A DNA stretch of 64,000 bases from contig JAHLWZ010000826.1 of assembly GCA_020536535.1 (NCBI GenBank), positions 36,615-100,614 of the forward strand. The letters run 5' to 3'. The position numbers were made by a program, and so were the translations under genes. Of the stretch, positions 56,513 through 64,000 are shown in pieces. This DNA is from Pelomyxa schiedti (taxonomy: Eukaryota; Protista; Evosea). How positions within the stretch are numbered: position 1 is the stretch's first letter; every line of letters begins with the position of its first letter. The notes under the pieces were generated by a model. That model did no database searches and was not told the DNA's origin. It saw nothing but the letters and a program-made list of their open reading frames with translations.

Positions 56513-58623
56513 ATGTCCACGACGCGAGGTGGGTATTCGTCTGCATCTGGATCTGCGGCCGCAACAACGCCTACTGCCTCTGCTGCAACCGCGTCTAGAT
56601 CTGCGTCTGGCGCTGCTACCACTTCCGCATCGTCAACGCGCCAACAGCCGCCGCCGCCGCAACAACCTCGGGAGCCAGCCCAATACGAAGACGACGGAGA
56701 TGATGACGACGACGACGACGAGGTTTTGGTCGGCGACAGCCCGTATTCGTCCAAGCTTCCTTTCGAAGGGCTGGGATTGTAAGTATTGCTTTTTTTTTTT
56801 TTTTTTGCTTGGGTGTATGATGTATTCGCTACGGCAGCTGCCTAATCATTCACTAATGATAATGGAAAGGTCACAGGCGTTACTGGATGGAATTTACAGG
56901 AAGCGGTTCAAAAGACCCAGCAAGATTCAAGGGGTAACAATACCACTGATACTTGACTCGAGGTTTGTGCCGCAATGTAAGTCATTTGTGAAGTCCTTCG
57001 TTTACAGATATACAGGCGACTCAACTTGTTGGGCCAAGCACCATCTGGTTCCGGTAAAACTGCCGCATTCACATGTATGCATTCTCTACTTCATTAATAA
57101 GAACAATCCACTTTTGACGCTAATTGGCTGTGATGTGCAGTGGGGATTCTATCCAAAATAGATGATAATGTGAGAGCACCACAGGTATCGACTACTTCCC
57201 TTTTTTTTATTGTTTTTGAGGGAAATTCCCTTTTAGGCACTGTGTATATGCCCTACCAGGGAGCTTGCCTTACAAATTGACCAAGTCATACGTGAATTTG
57301 CCTTTTTTACCACAATCAAGATTTATGCATGTGTCCCTTCTCCTCCTGGACAATCCACACGAAGTACGCACATGTTTTTCATTTCCTATTTTAATTTATG
57401 TTCCTTGTGGCAGACAGACACATAAAAGAGCATGTCGTTGTTGGAACTCCTGGAAAAATCATTGATTCCATCACAAGGAGGGACTTAGATGTCTCCCACA
57501 TCAAAATATGTGTTTTGGATGAGGCTGATGCTCTACTTTCAGCTCAAGGGATGGCTGATCAGACTATTCGTATCAAAACGTATATCTTATTTGGTTTATT
57601 CCAAGTCTGTTACCAAAATTCAAGGTTTTTGCCGCCCTGTCAGTACTTATTGTTCAGTGCCACTATTGAGCCCGAAATTAAAGAATTTGCAACCAAATTC
57701 ATGCCTAAACCTAGTGTGTCAATAACGTATGGGACCTGTTCGTTTTTTATCTTGAATTTGTTTATGCACTCAACAGAGTAAAGCCAAGAGAATTAGTTTT
57801 GACTGGAATATCTCAGAACTACATCAGATGCCCATCAACGGAATTGAAACAGAAGACAATACATGATATTTATTGCAATGTCTCAGGGATTGCACAATCA
57901 ATCATATTTATGAAGGTAAAGTCAGTCAATTCTCAATCTGCACTTACGGCACTGCAGACTATATCCGGAGCACAAGATCTTTGTGAGTGGATGCGTGCCA
58001 AAGGTTATACTGTGTCTCTATTGCATGGAAAGAACATGGAAGCTCAAGAACGTGATGCCGTACTTAAAGATTTCCAAGATGGTATTATCTTCCTAGTCTG
58101 TTGCAGAAGCAATGGATTGGCTCACTTTGCGTGAACAGGGAATACTCGAATTCTCATATCAACGAATGTTTTGTCCCGTGGTATTGATGTCTTCCAAGTA
58201 GTGCTTGTTATAAACTATGATCTGCCCGAGGATCCGAGTTCGAATACTGTAGACTGCACAACATATCTCCACAGGCACTAATATCCATCCCCTCTTCAAA
58301 AACTAGGCAACTAACCACGCAAAAGAATTGGACGAACAGGCCGGTTTGGCAGATTTGGAGTTGCCATAAATCTTGTGGCCAACGAGGCCGACATGCAAAT
58401 GCTACGAGTCATAGAAGCTACTTTTGAAATGGCACCCGGCACAATCAAGGTAGTGTTTTGTCCCTTAATCCCAACTGAAACTGATCGATCGCAGGAAATG
58501 CTACCAGATGACATCAGGGGCCTCCAGAGCGTTTTGGTTGACTGCACCAAACGGAATCAGCAACAAATCAAGACCTATCTTCTCCCTCCGCAGTCAACCA
58601 ACACCACAGCCAGCAGCTCATAA
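56513..58623 (+). CDS. DBP5: DEAD-box RNA helicase of the DBP5/DDX19 mRNA-export family (multi-exon)
   Basis: Exons encode F.RPSKIQ...[90 protein letters not shown] and [20 protein letters not shown]. Confidence 0.88.
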
Positions 58624-58728
58624 GAGGATGGATTTACAATGTCGGCTTCTAAGCCTTTCAATTTGTTTCTCCTTGCTCAATATGTTTCAAGACCAAGAAT
58701 TTTTTTCGGTTTCGATCTATCCGCAGGT

Positions 58729-59934
58729 TCATGAACCGGTGAGGAACATGGTGAAGTGCTTGTACTGGGGGTGCCTGATTGTCTGCTTCCACAACAGAGT
58801 TCCCCTCAGAGCGTCCAGGAGGAAAATCTCATCGTCATACTGAAACGCAACCAGCATTCGGGCACACTGGATGCGTTTCGGGATGTCAGGGCAGCGAGAC
58901 GGGAATACTCGCAGAGGGTGCTCAAAGTCATCTGTGGAGAACACACTGAGGGCGCCGGCAGAGTCCGCCACAGCGAAATGAGTTGTGTCCAGCTTGTGCA
59001 GTGTGCCTGTTCCGAGGTCACATAAGACCTCTTCCTGGGGGTACAGAGACCTAACGTCGTTTGCTGCTGTTGGGTTGTGGGCATCGAACACTGAGACAAT
59101 GAACTTGTGGGTTCTTGAACGAAGGAACATGGGCCTCAACGGGGCAGATACACGCACAGTGTGAGTGATGACCAACTGTGACGACTCGTAGGAATTCTTC
59201 AGGTCAATAAGGCACAGCTCCTGGTAATTTCCATCCTGATCTTTACTGAGAAATGCAGCCTCATCCATGTTGTCAGTGAGGTCCAGCCACAGCGGAAATC
59301 GTGTGACATCGATTTCGCGGGCTTTTTCAAGCTGTCCTACAGGCCAGATTGCAATAGAACCAGAGGGATCCACGCTCTCGCTAACCATGACCACCCAGCG
59401 CTTGTTTTTGTGCACCTTGGAAAAGAGGCAGCTGTTACGGAGCCGCACGCGACTCGGCACCTCCATTCGGGTCGGGAAGGTCAACACAGACAGATACGGA
59501 CCGCTCGACCACGTCCACAAGGCGCACCCGTTGTCGACCCACCCGCCGTACCCGCCGTCAAAGCCGAGATAGGCAGCCCTGAGGTAATCGGCGCGAGGGT
59601 CGCCCGCGTCCCACAGCTCGACGACGCCGACCGTGTGCGAGACGCCCGCGAACTGCAGCAGCTGCAGGTCCAGGTCGGAAGCAACGGGGGGGACTTGCCC
59701 GCCGCCGCTCCCGCTGCTCGTGCCGTCGGCGCACATCACCACCCTCCTGTCGACACTCGTGACCCACTTCCTCCCGATCTCGTCCGCCAGAACCAGCGAG
59801 GGCAGGACCCGGGCGGGGCTCCTCGCCCCGCAACGCGGATCCAGGCACGTCGCAATGGCAACAAATTGATCGCGTGCCCACATCACGCACCGTGGGGCTT
59901 CTTGGTTGTAGAGCCTTCTGCGACGATTATGCAT
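58729..59934 (-). CDS. Lineage-specific family protein ('ARDQFVA...PRCGARSPARVL...VSHTVGVV')
   Basis: Intronless ~400-aa ORF with a GC-rich 5' half. Its motifs are related to those of the 36.6-39.5 kb genes. Confidence 0.7.
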   Translation of the reverse strand: MHNRRRRLYNQEAPRCVMWARDQFVAIATCLDPRCGARSPARVLPSLVLADEIGRKWVTSVDRRVVMCADGTSSGSGGGQVPPVASDLDLQLLQFAGVSHTVGVVELWDAGDPRADYLRAAYLGFDGGYGGWVDNGCALWTWSSGPYLSVLTFPTRMEVPSRVRLRNSCLFSKVHKNKRWVVMVSESVDPSGSIAIWPVGQLEKAREIDVTRFPLWLDLTDNMDEAAFLSKDQDGNYQELCLIDLKNSYESSQLVITHTVRVSAPLRPMFLRSRTHKFIVSVFDAHNPTAANDVRSLYPQEEVLCDLGTGTLHKLDTTHFAVADSAGALSVFSTDDFEHPLRVFPSRCPDIPKRIQCARMLVAFQYDDEIFLLDALRGTLLWKQTIRHPQYKHFTMFLTGS

Positions 59935-60050
59935 AATTGCACAGCACCAGAGAACTGATGAACGAGGGATGAACGATTCCCGATTTTTTTTTATCTGAAT
60001 CACGAATCGCAGCGCTCATTTCAGAGTTTTTTTACCTATGTCTATGTTTC

Positions 60051-61477
60051 TCAGGCATAGAGCACGGAACACTTGTGGAGGGAAGGACCAGAGGGTGACA
60101 CTACAAGGGAATAGCCATTGCGTGCATGTATTGTGAACAAATTCCTCCCACAGCTAACATCAAACACCTGCACTGTTGTGGCCTCCAGCCTTTCGAAGGC
60201 TTGTCTGAATCTTCCTGTGCTTGATGACGTTGCCACAGCCAGGAAGTCGCCAGAACATGACACAACAGCCTCTCTGGGAATCTCAATGACGCAGCGTGGC
60301 TTGGCCAAGTCCTGGAAGCTCCACGCCTCCAATTTCTGCTGATGATGTTGTGCTGGTGATTGTATGACAAAGAAAGATTCGAGAAGGAGAACCGAGGTTG
60401 GGTCTCCTGTGGGAATGGTGCGAACTGTGCCTGATGCGTCTGCCGTGAACAGCAGCTTCTTTGTCCACGATGCTCTGGGCTGCTTCAACGCAAAGATGGT
60501 CCTTCTGTCCCAGCAGCAAGACACCTGCTTGATCACGAACTCCAGCTCCTCCAAAACCGTGACGGAATCCATCACTGCCCAGCTTCTATTTGCAAACGAC
60601 CTCTCCACGTCCACCAGCTTGCACGTGAACCTCACGCCGGTCTCCTGGCACACCACAGACATCACGTTCTCGCTCACAAACCTCTCGCTCCTCACAGCCT
60701 CCCGCGGGTCCATGCCACCCACCTCCACCTTCCCCCCAAACAGTGCCGCACCATCGCAGCCGCGGCGCCGCGACTCGCGCAGGTCCGCCACCCAGGCCCT
60801 GCCCCACACCGTCCTCAGCACGGCCCAGTGCCCGTTGCTCACGGCACTCGACATGCCCTGGACGCGCAGGTCCTCCTGCCTCCCGGTCACGCTGTCCACC
60901 ACGAACGACGCACCCATTCCGTACCCGCTCATGATCACGTGCCTCCTCGGGTCGATCCAGTCGCACCTGCACCCGCACACCCTCGGCCCCTCGATGACCC
61001 CCTCCCCCGGGCACCCCTCCTCATTCCCCCCAACTTCAGCCATGAACGCCACAGCCTCCATCCCTCTGCCGCTGCTACTACTGCTACTACTCCCCGATGG
61101 GTCCACCGTCTCCAGTGATGATGGGGGGGGGGCTTTGCAGTGTACTCGAGGACGAGGACCAGCCGCGGGGTCGAGGGGGCGAGCCAGCGGCGAACCACGA
61201 GGGCCACGAGGGGCGGGCACAGGCACAGGGGCCTCGCGGGGCTCGCGGAGCCGCAGCGGGGGTGGCTGCCGGCCAGCAGCGCGGCCATCGCGTTTCTGCC
61301 CCAGTCCTCCCCGACTTCAAAGGCCCAGTTCGAGGGGACCACTTGCAAGTGTTGGGCACCACCATCGTGCTGATGATCCTTGGCTGTGGTGGTGGGTTTT
61401 CTGGTCTTTCTTCTCGATTTTTGTTTGGAGGCGGCATTGTTTCCGTTAGAAACGTCGCCGTCACGTTGCTGGCTCAT
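60051..61477 (-). CDS. Same lineage-specific family; frame broken at a G10 run (61123-61132)
   Basis: The 5' frame MSQQRDG...GRNAMAALLAGSHPRCGSASPAR switches to the 60051-61226 frame. One extra base in the homopolymer restores a single ORF. Confidence 0.6.
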
Positions 61478-63273
61478 CACCAAGGTTCCTTGAAAACAAA
61501 CATTCCCCTTATGGGTCAAATAACTCTCCAGTCTAGTTCTATGGTGCCATAAATTGTGATAAGACTCTCGTTCCCATTTGAGTTGTGTGTGTGATAGTGT
61601 CTATCAGGAAGAATTATTTTTGTTATTATTCCTTTTTACAATCTTTCTGTAGTACCATGGTGGGGGATTCAAGGAAAGGCCATTAGAATGAACACTCCAG
61701 CTGTTCCTGTGAATGGCTGGCTCTGTCCCAAACGAAGTTTCCCAGTGATTCTTGGAGCTTGCTCTCTGACAATTGTTGGTAATACTTGAAAGGTTATTTA
61801 AACAACCATTTAAAGCACCATAGAAAAAGTGTTGTAACAATACGTTCTTCTCTAGTCTGTCAGACACATGCACTTGCTTGTTTTCTGGGAAAAGTACAAT
61901 ATGTCCAGTGGTTACCAGTAAAACTCAGATTTCATCTTCTGTGTGGTTCAGTGAATCCACAGGCAAACTCTTCACTGCAAACCGCTGAAGCAACGCAGGA
62001 CTGAGAGACTCAGGTGCTGAGTCAGCAGCGCGGACTTAACGAATTTGGAAATCAACTTCACGGAAATCTCCATGATCATTTGACTCGATTTCAAGGCCTT
62101 TAGAAGCTTGACGCTCCAAGCTCAGAATCACATCGAAAAACACACAAACGCAAACAAATAAACAACAAACACAAGGCAAACAATAGAACCCTTTATTCCA
62201 ATCGAATTCATCTCTTTCTGTCTTCCGTTATTGAGTGAGTATCCCCACATTAGTTCAAACGCAAGATACACAGAAGCATACACTTCTGAAAGTAACTAGT
62301 TACCACCAACCAGGTAGTAGTACTTGTGTAAATTGAAAAGGAAGCTTTGAAACAGCACCAGCAAAATGATGCTCCTTTCTCCAAAGGAGGCACCATTTCA
62401 GTGGTTACCACTTCGATTCCTCATATGCCCTGGAACGAATTTCCAAACCCCCCAGAAAATGTTCACCTATTATTACCACATTCAAGGGCTGAAAACAATT
62501 GTGTGTGGAGCTCCCAATCTTGCACTCCACACCTGGATTTGATACACTTCCCCACCTCCCAGTGCCCTTCCGCACAGACACAAGCCAGCAGTGTCGTCCC
62601 TCTCTCACATCTGAAGTCATACTTGTTGTCACCTATCACATATCATCATTCTCCCATAACCATCCTCATCAGCGTAGCCCTGGCTGCGACCACCTCCCCA
62701 GAGTTGCTCCTGTCCACCTTCGACACCGAGGGTGGGAATTGAACAGGCAAGTTGTGGTATGCAGCCGTGACAGGCAGTCGTTGGGCCAACATAGAATGAA
62801 CTACGGTGAAAAGGTTCGGTCGTGGTTTTGAGGTAACATAAAGTTCACGCAACACACGAAAAAAAGGAACAACAGACGTCCTGTATTACATTTTTCTTGC
62901 CCACAGCATACTACATCGTTGTCCAACAAGCCATAGCTATGCCACATCATCGAACTAGGGCTAGTACTTTTTCGTGAAATCCGAACCTGCCAAAGGTCAT
63001 TCCCTCCTTTACCCAGCACCCAGTGACACAGCATACAAAGAACAATCCCGTGAGGGAGGCAGACCCAGATTCAATATATTCTTTCAGCAGAAGAGAGGTG
63101 CCCGGCAGATCAATCACAAGCCAAATGTGACTTGGTGCTGCGCAGGGAGTTAGGGGGAGGACGGGGTGGCGTGGGGAGCGCGCGGGGCAAGATATGGGCG
63201 TACCGCTCGTCGTAATCGAAGTGGTCGAGGTGAACATTTTCTGGGGGGTTTGGAAATTCGTTCCAGGGCATAT

Positions 63274-63501
63274 CTCTTTGAGTTGGATAGCACAATTTCA
63301 CTGTTTGGGGAAAATCGATTGTTCTTGTGAACAGCAGGGTTCTGGGCCCCCCAGCAGGGCCCCTTGGGCAATGCTTGACAACACCCAACGACACAACCAC
63401 ACACCCATGGGCAAGCACACCCAGTTGGTGAGATATCGGAAAAAAAAATTAAATTTCTCAGTCTTTTTTTACGGTAAAATTGTGTAGTACAACTCAAAGA
63501 G
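63274..63501. mobile_element. 228-bp MITE with ~25-bp imperfect TIRs and an ATAT (or TA) target duplication
   Basis: TIRs ctctttgagttg(gatag)cacaattt and aaattgtg(tagta)caactcaaagag are flanked by atat at 63270-63273 and 63502-63505. The empty site cctcATATgccc is at 62419-62430. Confidence 0.9.
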
Positions 63502-63523
63502 ATATGAGGAATCGAAGTGGTAA

Positions 63524-63564
63524 CCACTGAAATGGTGCCTCCAAAGGAGGCACCATTTCAGTGG
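63524..63564. repeat. Perfect 19-bp palindrome with a 3-nt loop
   Basis: ccactgaaatggtgcctcc-aaa-ggaggcaccatttcagtgg. The duplicate at ~62380 has only one arm. Confidence 0.95.
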
Positions 63565-63893
63565 AGAAAGGAGCATCATTTTGCTGGTGCTGTTTCAAAG
63601 CTTCCTTTTCAATTTACACAAGTACTACTACCTGGTTGGTAGTTTGGGACAGAGCCAGCCATTCACAGGAACAGCTGGAGTGTTCATTCTAATGGCCTTT
63701 CCTTGAATCCCCCACCATGGTACTACAGAAAGATCGTAAAAAGGAATAATAACCAAAATAATTCTTCCTGATAGACACTATCACACACACAACTCAAATG
63801 GGAACGAGAGTCTTATCACAATTTATGGCACCATAGACTGGAGAGTTATTTGACCCATAAGGGGAATGTTTGTTTTCAAGGAAGACCTTGGTG

Positions 63894-64000
63894 ATGAGCC
63901 AGCAACGTGACGGCGACGTTTCTAACGGAAACAATGCCGCCTCCAAACAAAAATCGAGAAGAAAGACCAGAAAACCCACCACCACAGCCAAGGATCATCA
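63894..64000 (+). CDS. 5' start of an inverted paralog of the 60051-61477 gene (runs off the window)
   Basis: ATG AGC CAG CAA CGT GAC... gives MSQQRDGDVSNGNNAASKQKSRRKTRKPTTTAKDH, identical to the - strand copy. Confidence 0.7.
   Translation, partial: MSQQRDGDVSNGNNAASKQKSRRKTRKPTTTAKDH

Larger units (their letters stand above)
61372..64000. repeat. Inverted segmental duplication: 61372-61733 vs 63643-64000 and 62305-62469 vs 63229-63640
   Basis: Direct reverse-complement match with small indels. ~570 bp (61734-62304) is missing from the right arm, which carries a MITE and a palindrome absent from the left arm. Confidence 0.92.

Overview
This is intron-containing eukaryotic DNA: many short GT-AG introns of about 30-90 nt, standard genetic code. 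It contains no rRNA, tRNA or CRISPR array that I could recognise. The expanded ankyrin-like families ('KWL..RF', 'W.MLMR.FP') and the 'QFAALL/ASHPRCG..SPAR' families resemble those I associate with the archamoeba Pelomyxa; this is an inference, not a search result. Apart from one housekeeping gene (a DBP5/DDX19-type DEAD-box helicase), the window looks like a fast-turnover accessory region with tandem and inverted duplications, pseudogenes, a MITE with its own empty site and fold-back insertion scars. Reconstructing the splicing by hand gives several unusual domain fusions that the ORF track splits apart. (1) A Ras-like GTPase + F-box + Hint (Vint-type) gene at 16404-18601. (2) A GIMAP/TRAFAC-like GTPase + Cys/His (IBR-like) module + R-S-E ADP-ribosyltransferase at 24258-26716. 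(3) Sel1 repeats fused to an actin-like domain at 29434-32032. (4) A Crinkler-type NTPase + PD-(D/E)xK nuclease at 42195-45363. (5) A dynamin-like GTPase + kinase pseudogene. There are also three copies of a bacterial-type DUF4403-like gene, a 950-aa coiled coil with a single central Pro, a tandem AAA ATPase and a long-loop zinc-finger repeat family. All domain calls come from motifs recognised by eye, and the splice models need RNA confirmation.
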